From IMG/VR virus record IMGVR_UViG_3300045973_000815, positions 1 through 57,886 of that record: DNA of 57,886 nucleotides. One strand, given 5' to 3'. Under the pieces are notes generated by a model. The model worked only from the letters and a program-made list of their open reading frames with translations, did no database searches and was not told where the DNA came from. Below are positions 1 to 8,993 of the stretch, piece after piece (within the stretch, counting starts at the first letter, position 1; each line of letters begins with the position of its first letter). Source of the stretch: a virus (Duplodnaviria > Caudoviricetes). The translations under genes and the position numbers were made by a program.

Positions 1-232
1 GAATGGTTGAACGCCCTCGGCCTTCGCGTCGTCGTCGGTGATGGCGTGCAGGCGCTCGACCCGCACACCGGCCACCTCGAGCATAAAACAACTCACCCAA
101 CAAAACATGTGGATTGACGGCCGCCAGAACGCGTGCGGCGAGTCGCCGTCAGCCGAGTAGGCGAGGGCGTAGGCCATGGCGAGTTCATCGGGCGACCGCC
201 CCTTGATCGAGTCGCGGCACCAGGCGGTCGAG
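1..232. repeat. Terminal direct repeat, left copy
   Basis: Matches 57655-57886; identical over 106-232, 15 mismatches in 1-105. Confidence 0.95.
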
Positions 233-540
233 GTGCTGTGAATGCAGAGGCCCCACGTCTCGCGCACCCACAGCTGGTCGCCCGGAGCGCCGTAGGGGCA
301 TCGAATCCACTCGCCGAGGTCGAAGGCTCGTTCCCGACCTGGCACCTGGTGTGAGTGGATAGAGCGCACGGCCCCGCCGCCTTCGACGACGTGGAACGGG
401 ACCTGGTGCATGTAGTTGGGCAGCGTCGACCAGTAGTGCTCGGCGGGCTGCGGATTCACCACGCGGCGGGTCTGGGTCTTCGTACCGGCCAGCAGCGCGC
501 ACACCATCGGCGACGAGAACAAAATCGGACGTTCCTTCAT
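1..540 (-). CDS. ASCH/PUA-like conserved phage protein, 5' part (wraps the origin, about 238 aa in total)
   Basis: Read by hand from ATG 540: MKERPILFSSPMVCALLAGTKTQTRR...CPYGAPGDQLWVRETW; absent from the ORF track because it runs off the end. Confidence 0.8.
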   Translation of the reverse strand, partial: MKERPILFSSPMVCALLAGTKTQTRRVVNPQPAEHYWSTLPNYMHQVPFHVVEGGGAVRSIHSHQVPGRERAFDLGEWIRCPYGAPGDQLWVRETWGLCIHSTSTAWCRDSIKGRSPDELAMAYALAYSADGDSPHAFWRPSIHMFCWVSCFMLEVAGVRVERLHAITDDDAKAEGVQPF

Positions 541-752
541 GGCTTCCTCCTTCTGGGCCGCAGCCCAACACCCACGCCGTGCTCCCGCTGCCGCATGAGG
601 TACACGCACTTCACGCACGTCACGTAGCCCTTCCCGATGAACATTCGGTCATCGCCCGCCTGCCCGCAGAGTGGATGCACGATGGGCGCGACAACGCCCA
701 CGAGGTGCTCCACGCGGCCCGGTGCGTGCGCCTTCCATTCGCGGCGACTCAC
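537..752 (-). CDS. Small Zn-finger-like hypothetical protein
   Basis: HPLCG...TCVKC; 4-nt overlaps with neighbours. Confidence 0.6.
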   Translation of the reverse strand: MSRREWKAHAPGRVEHLVGVVAPIVHPLCGQAGDDRMFIGKGYVTCVKCVYLMRQREHGVGVGLRPRRRKP

Positions 753-1297
753 GGCTTCCTCCAGTTGCGCACGCGCAGGTCGGTGACACGCTCGAAGGCC
801 TCGACCTCATCAGAGTCCAGCGCCTCCGCGTCATTTAGCTTCATGCCCAGGTGCCGCGCCTCGCGAATCCGCGCCTTCAAGTCGGCCAGTTTGGCGAGCG
901 CGTCCTTCGCCAGCAGGCGCTCAGCCTTCGCCGCTTCAATCCACGCAAGCAGTCCGGCCAACCCATCGCGCCGAATGCCAGCCGCCTGAACGATGGGGTC
1001 CCACACCCGACTCGACTCGCGCGTCAACCGCTCGACCTCGGCGCTGGCCTCGTCGCGCTCGCGCAGCGCGCTTCGCGTACCCTCTCGCCGCTGCTCGATT
1101 TCGGCGCGGTGCGCGTCAATAGACCGCTGGGCGTTGAGAACGGTCTGCTCGTGTGCTCGCTTCTCGGCATCGAGGATACCGAGGAGCCGCTCGACCTCGG
1201 CGCGTAGGCCCTCGACCTCCGCTCGCTGCGTGCGGTAGGCGGCGCGCATGTCCTCGTACCGGTGCCGCTCCTCGTGCGTCAGACTCTCGCGGCTCAC
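749..1297 (-). CDS. Coiled-coil hypothetical protein
   Basis: Heptad-like E/R/L pattern; coupled by GTGA overlaps. Confidence 0.7.
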   Translation of the reverse strand: MSRESLTHEERHRYEDMRAAYRTQRAEVEGLRAEVERLLGILDAEKRAHEQTVLNAQRSIDAHRAEIEQRREGTRSALRERDEASAEVERLTRESSRVWDPIVQAAGIRRDGLAGLLAWIEAAKAERLLAKDALAKLADLKARIREARHLGMKLNDAEALDSDEVEAFERVTDLRVRNWRKP

Positions 1298-1620
1298 GTC
1301 GCACCTCCCTTCGCCTTGGCGACGGCTGCGCGGGCGCGTGCGATGCGCGGGCCGTGGTGGCGCATCGAAGCCTCGCGCAGACCCACGTCGCCCGGGTCGA
1401 GGCTCGCCATGAGGCTGTCGAAGTACTCGACCTCCTCCACGACGGACGCCAGCAACTCCGGCGCGGCAGCGATGAGGCGGGCGTTGGCTGCGGTTTCGAT
1501 TTTGTCGGCGACACGCACCGGCATGCCGTACGGGGGCACGTCGGCATCAGTCGTGACGGCCCACTCCTCGCCAATCGGCTGCTGCCACGCGTGCCACGGC
1601 CCTGGCGTGTGCGCGCTCAC
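1294..1620 (-). CDS. HTPGPW...AAPELL family small phage protein
   Basis: HTPGPW and ANARLIAAAPELL motifs. Confidence 0.8.
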   Translation of the reverse strand: MSAHTPGPWHAWQQPIGEEWAVTTDADVPPYGMPVRVADKIETAANARLIAAAPELLASVVEEVEYFDSLMASLDPGDVGLREASMRHHGPRIARARAAVAKAKGGAT

Positions 1621-1772
1621 GGCTTCACCCCGATGTCGATGGCCATGACAGCGTCACGCACGGCTCGCGCGAACGCCTCCGCCCGGTCCGCGAGGACTGC
1701 CAGCTTCAGTGACGGGTCACCGCCTGCCTTCAGCGTGCGCGCCGCTGCGTTCTGGTACTCGATGAGCGTCAT
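1617..1772 (-). CDS. 51-aa hypothetical protein
   Basis: [13 protein letters not shown]...; fills the gap with 4-nt overlaps on both sides. Confidence 0.55.
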   Translation of the reverse strand: MTLIEYQNAAARTLKAGGDPSLKLAVLADRAEAFARAVRDAVMAIDIGVKP

Positions 1773-3445
1773 TCATTCGCCTCCTTCGGCTTCTCCAGCT
1801 TCGCCTTCACCATCTGCTCGAGGTCCAGGCCGCACACCTTGGCCACCTCGGAGGCCTCCTCTTCGAATCCGCTCCACGTCGAGCCGACCAACTGGGGCAG
1901 CAGGTTGCAGACGAGGAAGCCCAGCAACTCCTCCTTCGCCGCAGTGCCAATCCACGTCTCGACGTCCACGCCATCGTCGATGCGCAGGCTGGAGCGGTAC
2001 ACGTCCTCAAGCCCAGCCGCACGGTCCGCAGCGCGCGCGAGGATGCGCGCCCACGTCACCGTCAGGCCCTCCTTCTTCGCGCGCCCGGCAGCTGCGCGCA
2101 CCAAGTCGCCAACCACTTCGTCACGCAACTGGCGCGCATCGGTGGCGTCCTTCTGCGCGACAGGGTCCGACGTGACGGCCTTCCTGTCCCGCTTCTCGAT
2201 GGCGCTGGTGGCCCACTTCAGGTCCAGGTGCTTCGCGATGGCGTCCAGCGCGTCGCGCTCGACGTACATCTTCCGCATGCCCATCGCGGTGTCAGGCGCC
2301 ACGAAGAGCTTCGGGCGATCCTCGTCAGGCACCTTCTCCAGCAGTTGCACCCACGTACGCTTGCTCTTGTCCTCGGGCGCTGGAACATCGGCCTCGACGT
2401 ACTTGCTGCCGTAGGACAACTCGTTCCCGTGCTTGAAGAGCTTCTTGCCCGCGTCGATGGTGAGGGCCTCGGCACCCTTGGACTCTGCCTTCGTCGCCTT
2501 CTCCTCCCACGTCGCGCGCGCCTTCTGCGCGAAGCACGTCGTGTCCGTGCACCAGTCGCTGCCCGACAAGTCGTCGAAGAGGCCAGGCGTTGAGCCACTG
2601 CGCTTCGGGCAGACGGTGCATGCCCCAACGTCGGGCACCAGCATGTCGTCCTTGCGGTCGAATGGCGCGCCCTTCAGCGAGACGCAGTGCGCCTTCTGCA
2701 GGTGCTCCAGCGCGTCCCGCACGGGCATGTCGAGGATGGACTCGAGCGCCTTCGCCTGGTCCTTGTGCGAAGGCACGCGCGCCAATGCCACGGCCAGCGT
2801 CGTGGACAGGGCCCCAGTGTCGAGCGCCTTTCGTCCCTCGGCACAGAGACTGCGCAACTTCAGTCTCGAGTACACCCACGCGCGTGACTTGCCCGCCTTC
2901 GCGGCCACCTGGTCAGCGGTGTAGCCAGCCGTCTGCATCAGGGCGTCGTACCCGTCAGCCTCCTCGAGCGGCGTGAGGTCGCTGCGCTGGATGTTCTCCA
3001 CCAGCTGCACCTCAAGCACCTGCACGTCGGTGAGGTCGCGCACGTCGACAGGCACCTCCAGCAGCCCCGCCAACTTCGCGGCGCGCAGGCGTCGGTTGCC
3101 AGCCACTACCTCGTGCACCACCTTCTTGCCGTCGCTGATGGGCCGCACCAGCAGGGGCACCAGCACGCCGACTTTCTCCAGGCTGGCGGCCAACTCGTCG
3201 ATGCCGTGGAACGTCTTGCGCGGGTTGGTGTCGCTCTCGCGGAGTTCCTCAACGGCCATCGTCGCGTACGTCGACGACACCATGAATGGCTCGTTGAAGT
3301 GCTCGTCAGCCTTCGCCTTGTCTGCGCTCGTCGGGAGCCCAGCGGCCAACGCCACCGCGTCCACCAACGAGGTGATGGGCGCCGCGTCCAGTTGCACCAC
3401 GGGCTCTGCAGGTACGTCGATGAACCTTCGCTTCTTCGCGGCCAT
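1769..3445 (-). CDS. parB: ParB/RepB/Spo0J-family protein with long C-terminal extension (ParB1)
   Basis: [40 protein letters not shown]; CxxC..C...C motif in the extension. Confidence 0.9.
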   Translation of the reverse strand: MAAKKRRFIDVPAEPVVQLDAAPITSLVDAVALAAGLPTSADKAKADEHFNEPFMVSSTYATMAVEELRESDTNPRKTFHGIDELAASLEKVGVLVPLLVRPISDGKKVVHEVVAGNRRLRAAKLAGLLEVPVDVRDLTDVQVLEVQLVENIQRSDLTPLEEADGYDALMQTAGYTADQVAAKAGKSRAWVYSRLKLRSLCAEGRKALDTGALSTTLAVALARVPSHKDQAKALESILDMPVRDALEHLQKAHCVSLKGAPFDRKDDMLVPDVGACTVCPKRSGSTPGLFDDLSGSDWCTDTTCFAQKARATWEEKATKAESKGAEALTIDAGKKLFKHGNELSYGSKYVEADVPAPEDKSKRTWVQLLEKVPDEDRPKLFVAPDTAMGMRKMYVERDALDAIAKHLDLKWATSAIEKRDRKAVTSDPVAQKDATDARQLRDEVVGDLVRAAAGRAKKEGLTVTWARILARAADRAAGLEDVYRSSLRIDDGVDVETWIGTAAKEELLGFLVCNLLPQLVGSTWSGFEEEASEVAKVCGLDLEQMVKAKLEKPKEANE

Positions 3446-3446
3446 G

Positions 3447-3653
3447 TCAGGCCTCCTTCGCGCGACGGAAGGTGTCCTGGGTGGACGACGCCCACCAGAT
3501 CGTCAGCGGCTGTCGCACTGAGTACTTCCGCTTGGTGCTGTGTCCCTCGTTGATGAAGGTCGACAGCGGGCTGATGGCCTTCGGCATCTTTCCCATCCAG
3601 ACGCGCGCGTGCGCCCACTGCTTCCCCGTCCGATTCTTCGACTTGTTGCCCAT
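3447..3653 (-). CDS. Hypothetical protein
   Basis: AAGGAG RBS; same operon. Confidence 0.55.
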   Translation of the reverse strand: MGNKSKNRTGKQWAHARVWMGKMPKAISPLSTFINEGHSTKRKYSVRQPLTIWWASSTQDTFRRAKEA

Positions 3654-3766
3654 GGTGCGACTCCTTCAGGATGCGAGAAAAACGACCCGGCTGGTGCGCG
3701 CTCAACCGTCACGCAGATGCACGCACCAGCCGGTGCCCCGAGGGCCAATCCCCCAGGGCGACAAAC

Positions 3767-4096
3767 TCAGAATGGCAAGACCGACTCCGCAGCAGGCAGC
3801 GGCTTGAAGCCCAGCGGCTTCTCAGCGCGCGCGAGGTTCTGCTTCCATCGCTCGAGCGCGTCAGCCGCCAGCGTCAGCCCGCTGATTGCGCCACCACAGC
3901 CACCCGTCGCCATGTGCGCTGGGTTGTCGACGCGCGACACCAGCCAGGTGAAGAGCGGACCGTACGGGTCCAGCGTCACGCGCACGCCGAGGAAGAAGCC
4001 GTCCGTCGTCTTCGACCACAGGACGTGCTCGGTCGCCGACTTCTCCGTGTGCCTCCAGCCCCGGAAGCTCTCGATTCCGCAGAACGGGCAACTCAC
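3767..4096 (-). CDS. Hypothetical protein (CPFCG start)
   Basis: GTG start overlaps the bet stop. Confidence 0.55.
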   Translation of the reverse strand: MSCPFCGIESFRGWRHTEKSATEHVLWSKTTDGFFLGVRVTLDPYGPLFTWLVSRVDNPAHMATGGCGGAISGLTLAADALERWKQNLARAEKPLGFKPLPAAESVLPF

Positions 4097-5169
4097 GTCG
4101 CGCCACCAATCTCGTCCATGCGCTGCCCCTCCTCCGCGCGCAGCTCCGCGAGCCACGCGGCCACCTGGGCCTTGCTCTCTGCGGACGGCGTCTTCGCCAG
4201 GCCCGCCTCGTGCTCCGCGATGGACTCGGCCAACTCGACCGCGTCCAAGCCGCTGATGGGCTTGCCCTTGTTCTTCCCGCGCTGCACGCAGGAGAACGTC
4301 ACCTCGGCGTCGATCGGCTGCGTCTCGGTGATGGGAGCGGGCGCGGTCTCGGGCAGCGCTGCGGCCTTCGCGGGCGACGGCTTCGGGGCCACCTTCGCCT
4401 GGACCTTCGCCAGCACCGCATTCGTGCGCGACTGCACTGGCTCCGTCTTGGGGGCCTCATACTCCTCTTCCTCGTCGCGGCGCATTTCGGCTTCGACGTA
4501 GATGCCTCCGAGCAGGTTGGGGTACGCGCGGCGCGACTGATCGGCACGCGCGCACTTCCGCAGTTGGCCAGCGGGGTCCGTCGCCCAGAACTTCGTGACA
4601 CTGCCATCGCGCTTCTTGCCGATGCGGCTCTCCAGCGTCAGGTACGTGATTTCGATGACGCGCCCCTCACGCTTCGCATGTGCCCAGGCGCCGAGGATCT
4701 TCATCCCTCCCTTGGCGCGGTCGGTCGGATTCCACTTGTGGGTGACGGTGCCTGCGTCCTCGTCGACGTCGAAGACATCGCCCGCGTACACGACGCCCGA
4801 CTTCATCCCACGGTAGTCAGGCTCCGCGTCCATCCTCGCGGCCATCCCCTGCTCGGACGCCATCGGCTCGTGCTTCTTCGTATTCGTCTGCGCGTCCCAG
4901 CGCTCGATCAGGTAGCACTGCTTCGTGAACGGGTCCAAGCCGGTGCGCTTCGCCCACGCGAGGAAGAACTCGAACTCCGCCTGCGTCGCACTCGGCGGCG
5001 TCACGGCCTTGCGGGCGAGGGCCACGCGCTCCTCATCCCACGTCGGCGGGTTCCACCGCGAAGGCAGAGCGCCAGTGCGCGCGTGAACGAGGCTCACCAC
5101 CTGCGCATCGACCTGCTCCACCTGCTGCGTCTTCGCTTCCATGTCGTCTCCCGGTTGGCTCTGCATCAC
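4093..5169 (-). CDS. bet: Bet/RecT-family single-strand annealing recombinase
   Basis: AKRTGLDPFTKQCYLI and W...P..QLRKCA.....RRAYP motifs; adjacent to exonuclease. Confidence 0.85.
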   Translation of the reverse strand: MMQSQPGDDMEAKTQQVEQVDAQVVSLVHARTGALPSRWNPPTWDEERVALARKAVTPPSATQAEFEFFLAWAKRTGLDPFTKQCYLIERWDAQTNTKKHEPMASEQGMAARMDAEPDYRGMKSGVVYAGDVFDVDEDAGTVTHKWNPTDRAKGGMKILGAWAHAKREGRVIEITYLTLESRIGKKRDGSVTKFWATDPAGQLRKCARADQSRRAYPNLLGGIYVEAEMRRDEEEEYEAPKTEPVQSRTNAVLAKVQAKVAPKPSPAKAAALPETAPAPITETQPIDAEVTFSCVQRGKNKGKPISGLDAVELAESIAEHEAGLAKTPSAESKAQVAAWLAELRAEEGQRMDEIGGAT

Positions 5170-6281
5170 GGCACCATCACTTTCAGTTCCTCAACTTCGC
5201 CCACGCCTGCGTCACCTGAGGACAGCTCGAGGCGCTGCCTCACTGAGTCGAGTTCCGGCACGAGCTCGCCCGCGAAGTCCTTCGACCACCGAGGCGCAAG
5301 CTTCCAGAAGCCTGGCCGCTTCTCCCGCTGGTACTTCGCCACCCACTCACTGAGTTCAACCGGGTCGATGGCGGCCTTCGCCAGCGCCTCCCAGTCGGTG
5401 CCGACGCTGGGCTTCGTCCACACGCGGCTGATGCTGCCGACGCGCGTCGACGCCAGGCCCTTGTCCGCGCCGATGAGCGTGCGCAGTTGGTTGCCCATCA
5501 GCTTCAACTCGCCGTCCAACAGCTTCTCCACCAACTTCAGTCGGCCGTACTGCGCCATGAGCGCCTCGCGCGCATCGCCGTCAGCCACTGCCTGCACGAT
5601 GCCGTTGGTCGTCGGGAAGGCACGCGAGAGAAACTCCTTGTACCGCTCCGTCGCGTCCGGAGGCGGCGGCTGGCCAGTCACGACGTGGTCCCGCCAGAAT
5701 CGCTCGGCAATCTCCAGCAACCCGAGCCAGAGCTGCTCGTTGAACGGAACGGTGTAGACGCCGAATTCCTCTCGGTCGAACAGCACCGCGACGTCCGTCA
5801 GCTTCATGCCGACAACGCCCATCTGCCACTGGGTCTGCAGGAGGTAGTACTCAGGGACGGCGTCAGTTCCAGGCTCGCCCCACTCGTGACGCATGCGCCA
5901 CGACGAGGTCTTGATCTCCACGTTCCGCACGGCGCCCGCGCACTCCGCAGGGTCAGCGATCCACGCCTTGGTGTCGCGGCGCGACTCGAAAGCAATACGG
6001 TCGGGCGTCGCGAGTGCAAGCGATTGCACCGGGTGGCGCAGCGTGCGACTCCGCACCAGGTGCAGCCCCTCGTGGCGGCGCGCGTACAGCTTGGCCACTG
6101 GCTCCTCGAGCAGGTCGCCGAGTTCCGTCGCAAGGTTTCCCTCGCGAGGTACCTGCACGCCCATCTTCTCTTCCCAGATGGCGACAGGTGAGGACCAGCG
6201 CGACAGTCCCGCCAGCACTGCAATCTCTGACGCGGTGATGCCAGTGCGCCGTTGCTCCAGCTGCTCCTTCGACAAGCTCAT
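5166..6281 (-). CDS. YqaJ/lambda-exonuclease family protein
   Basis: RRTGITASEIAVLAGLSRWSSP, ATPD, EIKT, YLLQTQWQMGV. Confidence 0.92.
   Translation of the reverse strand: MSLSKEQLEQRRTGITASEIAVLAGLSRWSSPVAIWEEKMGVQVPREGNLATELGDLLEEPVAKLYARRHEGLHLVRSRTLRHPVQSLALATPDRIAFESRRDTKAWIADPAECAGAVRNVEIKTSSWRMRHEWGEPGTDAVPEYYLLQTQWQMGVVGMKLTDVAVLFDREEFGVYTVPFNEQLWLGLLEIAERFWRDHVVTGQPPPPDATERYKEFLSRAFPTTNGIVQAVADGDAREALMAQYGRLKLVEKLLDGELKLMGNQLRTLIGADKGLASTRVGSISRVWTKPSVGTDWEALAKAAIDPVELSEWVAKYQREKRPGFWKLAPRWSKDFAGELVPELDSVRQRLELSSGDAGVGEVEELKVMVP
6014..6029. promoter_or_regulatory. 16-bp palindromic site (in exonuclease gene)
   Basis: GTGCAAGCGATTGCAC. Confidence 0.65.
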
Positions 6282-6309
6282 GTGTGCGTCTCCCGGTTGA
6301 AGCCGCCAC

Positions 6310-6385
6310 TCAGCGACTTCTAAGGCATGTCTAATTGACTCTCGGTTACGAAGTCAACGAGGATGTTGCCGATGTCACTTAGACG
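6310..6385. promoter_or_regulatory. Divergent control region between the early arm and RHH-int
   Basis: AT-richer gap with inverted repeats TTGACT...AGTCAA and GTCTAA...TTAGAC. Confidence 0.5.
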
Positions 6386-6620
6386 AGGTACTCGGGAGAC
6401 CATGTCCGTGCTGCGACCGAAAGATCCGCTGCTGTCTGGGCCGAAGAAGACCATCAACTTCTACGGGCCCGTTGCCCTCGAAGAAGCGCTCAAGCGCAAC
6501 GCCATGCTTGATGGCTTCGAGAGCCTCAGCACCTACTGCGTCGAGCTGATGGCCTTCGCTATCCGCGCCCGCGAGGCAGAGCGAGTCGCACAGGCCGCAG
6601 CCGAGCACGCCAAGAAGTAG
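6363..6620 (+). CDS. Ribbon-helix-helix (Arc/CopG-like) regulator
   Basis: KKTINFYGP strand followed by two helices (LEEALKRNA, SLSTYCVELM). Confidence 0.65.
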   Translation: MLPMSLRRGTRETMSVLRPKDPLLSGPKKTINFYGPVALEEALKRNAMLDGFESLSTYCVELMAFAIRAREAERVAQAAAEHAKK

Positions 6621-6663
6621 GCCTCCCGACGTACCTCCGCGATTTCACTCACACGGAGGCAAC

Positions 6664-7893
6664 ATGTCAGACCCGATTGGTAGAACTCTCCCGCTCGCAA
6701 AGTGGGCGAGCCCGGACGTCGAGGATGCCTCGGCGGAGAAGCCACTGGGTGTGGGCGTGATTTCAGTTCGTCGAGAAGTGTCTCCACGGGAGTCCGTGGA
6801 GCTTACGGAAGCGCAGTTGTCTCAACTCACTCTCTCACTGGTGGCCGCGCTCAAGCCGGTCTCCAGCGAGACGCCCCCACCGCCAGAGCTGCCGCTCTTC
6901 GGTGAGTTGGTGGCCGCATGGCTCGCGAAGGTTGAGCCGACCCGCGTCGACAAGGGCCAGGACAGGCGCCTCACTCGCCACCTGCGTTCCCTCTCGCTCG
7001 AGGACGAGTCGACCCTCACTGCCGGGATGATCGAGGACGTGTTGCACGCGCTTGCAACTTCGTCGGCGCCTGGCGTGAAGCCTGCGCTGAGCAAGTCGAC
7101 CATCAACAAGGTCCAAGGCGCTGGCCGCAAGGTCATCGACCAGGCGATGCGCGAGAAGCGCTGGCACGGGCCGAACCCCTTCAAGCTGGTCAGGCGCGCC
7201 AAGGAGACGGCGCCCAAGTACGAGTTGCTCTCGCTCGAGGAGCTGGCCCTCGTCCAGAAGCGCATCCCCGAGCCCCGCATGGGCCTGTTCCGCTGCGCGC
7301 TCCACCTCGGCATGCGGACGGGCGAGCTGCTGGCGCTCCGCAAGGAGGACGTCGACTTCAAGCGCGGCGTCGTGGTGGTGCGCCGCAGCCACGGGCGAGA
7401 CACCACGAAGACCGGCAGGGAGCGCGTCGTTCCCATCGTCCCGGCCATCGCAGGCGACCTCCTGCACGCCATCGAAGGATCGCCTGGGGATCTCGTCTTC
7501 GGCGGCGTCGGCGGCAAGCGCCAGCGCGCGGACACGAAGCTCACGCGCGTGCTGCGCACCGCGATGGTTGCGGCGGGCATCGGCGTGCAGGCCGTCACCT
7601 ACAAGTGCCGTCGTCGCGGCTGCCGACGCGTCGAGGTGGGCGGGGCCCCAGTGCTACCTGGACATCGCTGCGAGTGCGGCGCGAAGTTCTGGGCAGTGCC
7701 GGAGGTGCGCAAGGTGCGCTGGTACGACTTGCGCCACATGAGCGCGACGTTCCATCACCAGCATGACGCGGACCCCATCTGCGTCGCGCTGGCGCTCGGG
7801 CACTCCATCGCGGGCACCACTGGGCGCGTCTATACGCACCCTAGTGACGAGACGATGCGGCGAGAACTTGGCCGCTGGTTCCTTGCGCGATAA
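6664..7893 (+). CDS. int: Tyrosine integrase with Zn-ribbon-like insertion
   Basis: GMRTGELLAL, KTGRERVVPI, YDLRH, LGHS...YTH; GGAGG RBS. Confidence 0.95.
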   Translation: MSDPIGRTLPLAKWASPDVEDASAEKPLGVGVISVRREVSPRESVELTEAQLSQLTLSLVAALKPVSSETPPPPELPLFGELVAAWLAKVEPTRVDKGQDRRLTRHLRSLSLEDESTLTAGMIEDVLHALATSSAPGVKPALSKSTINKVQGAGRKVIDQAMREKRWHGPNPFKLVRRAKETAPKYELLSLEELALVQKRIPEPRMGLFRCALHLGMRTGELLALRKEDVDFKRGVVVVRRSHGRDTTKTGRERVVPIVPAIAGDLLHAIEGSPGDLVFGGVGGKRQRADTKLTRVLRTAMVAAGIGVQAVTYKCRRRGCRRVEVGGAPVLPGHRCECGAKFWAVPEVRKVRWYDLRHMSATFHHQHDADPICVALALGHSIAGTTGRVYTHPSDETMRRELGRWFLAR

Positions 7894-7956
7894 TTCTTGA
7901 CGTCTGCGCGCGCGTTCAGGTATTTCATCGATGCACCCTGAATAGGCGTCCGCGTT

Positions 7957-7995
7957 CTTGGGAAGCTCGTGCTCTACCAGCTGAGCTACCACCGC
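7957..7995 (-). other. Probable attP core: 5' half of tRNA-Gly(CCC)
   Basis: GCGGTGG-TA-GCTC-AGCTGGTA-GAGC-A-CGAGC-TTCCCAA-G, then similarity stops; about 60 bp after the int stop. Confidence 0.85.
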
Positions 7996-8106
7996 ATGTG
8001 TTCCGCCCGAAACCGGCGCGACCACATGGCCGTGAGTAGCACCAGCCCGGTAGTCGCATCAAGCGGAACAAGCCCGGCGCCTCAACCCTCGGGGAATGGA
8101 GGCGAG

Positions 8107-8352
8107 ATGTCCGCTGCACCGCTGAGAATGAACGACGCGAAGGTCCAGAAATTCCGCCAGGCCCTCGAGCAGCTGCCCGCCGAGGTCCTCAGCATCACCC
8201 ACGCGCTCGCGCAGGCAGCGTCTGAGCGGAATCTTGGAGGCGTCGCGCAGCCCTCTAAGCGAGTCTCCAAGCGCCTCCTGCGCGACTCCAAGCAGGACGC
8301 TGAGCGCGCCTTCGTCGGTGGCTTCTCGCGCGTCCTCGGGGGTGCCCTGTGA
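8107..8352 (+). CDS. Small hypothetical protein, possibly regulatory
   Basis: GGAGG before ATG 8107; first gene of the rightward operon. Confidence 0.55.
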   Translation: MSAAPLRMNDAKVQKFRQALEQLPAEVLSITHALAQAASERNLGGVAQPSKRVSKRLLRDSKQDAERAFVGGFSRVLGGAL

Positions 8353-8696
8353 GCGAGTCCGTCACGAGGGCCATCGAGTTGTACGCTGAGTCGCACGGGC
8401 TGTCGGTCGAGGAAGCCGTCGCGCGCGTCGCGGCTGGTGCTGAGGCGGCTGCGGAGATCCTCGTCGTGTCCGAGTCGAAGGTGCGGGCGATGGCCTTCCT
8501 CGAGAAGTGCGAAGCCGAGTTGAAGCCCTGGACGGTGCATGAGCTGGGCAAGGCTGCCGGCGTCGTCAACGGGTCGCAGATGCTGAAGTACCTACGCGCG
8601 GACGGGCTGGTCGTTGACGGCGAGCGCGAGATTCACGCCCGCTTCAAGGGCTCCGTCATCGCCAAGCGCAACCTGCGCCTCGTCGCCCGCCGCTGA
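8349..8696 (+). CDS. Hypothetical protein, possible winged helix
   Basis: WTVHELGKAAGV...MLKYLRADGLV. Confidence 0.6.
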   Translation: MSESVTRAIELYAESHGLSVEEAVARVAAGAEAAAEILVVSESKVRAMAFLEKCEAELKPWTVHELGKAAGVVNGSQMLKYLRADGLVVDGEREIHARFKGSVIAKRNLRLVARR

Positions 8697-8705
8697 GTCA
8701 CCACC

Positions 8706-8993
8706 GTGGCTCACTGCTGCGTTGTCTGCGCGCGCGAAGGCGCGCTGCACCTACCCCTCTTTGGTGGAGCCGTTCTCGGCCCTGCCTGTGCCGACACCTG
8801 CCAAATGCTGGTCTGGGAATCCCACATGCTGACGAACGTGAAGCACGAACCCTACGAGCGCTCGGAGCTGTCGTGGCGCTGGCGTCGCCAGGTCGCCGCA
8901 GCCAATGGGCGCCCCTTCCTCGAGCCCGCGCCGAAGTCTCCCGGTGAAGTCGCCTGCCTGCGACTCCTGGCTGACCTCGGAGGTGGACGGTGA
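8706..8993 (+). CDS. Small Cys-rich hypothetical protein
   Basis: CVVC, CADTC. Confidence 0.6.
   Translation: MAHCCVVCAREGALHLPLFGGAVLGPACADTCQMLVWESHMLTNVKHEPYERSELSWRWRRQVAAANGRPFLEPAPKSPGEVACLRLLADLGGGR

Noticed and set aside
1-232. Diversity-generating retroelement TR/VR pair (A/G differences between the repeat copies)
   Set aside because: No reverse transcriptase in the genome, the differences are only G/A or C/T, and the copies are the two contig ends of one gene.
1617-1772. MazG-like pyrophosphatase ([13 protein letters not shown] start)
   Set aside because: Only 51 aa and lacks the EExxE...ExxD metal-binding motif.
1769-3445. PRTRC-type system suggested by the long ParB
   Set aside because: No ThiF/E1, E2-like, JAB or ubiquitin-like partner genes are recognisable.
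7957-7995. Functional phage tRNA-Gly gene
   Set aside because: The 3' anticodon stem, T arm and acceptor 3' strand are missing.
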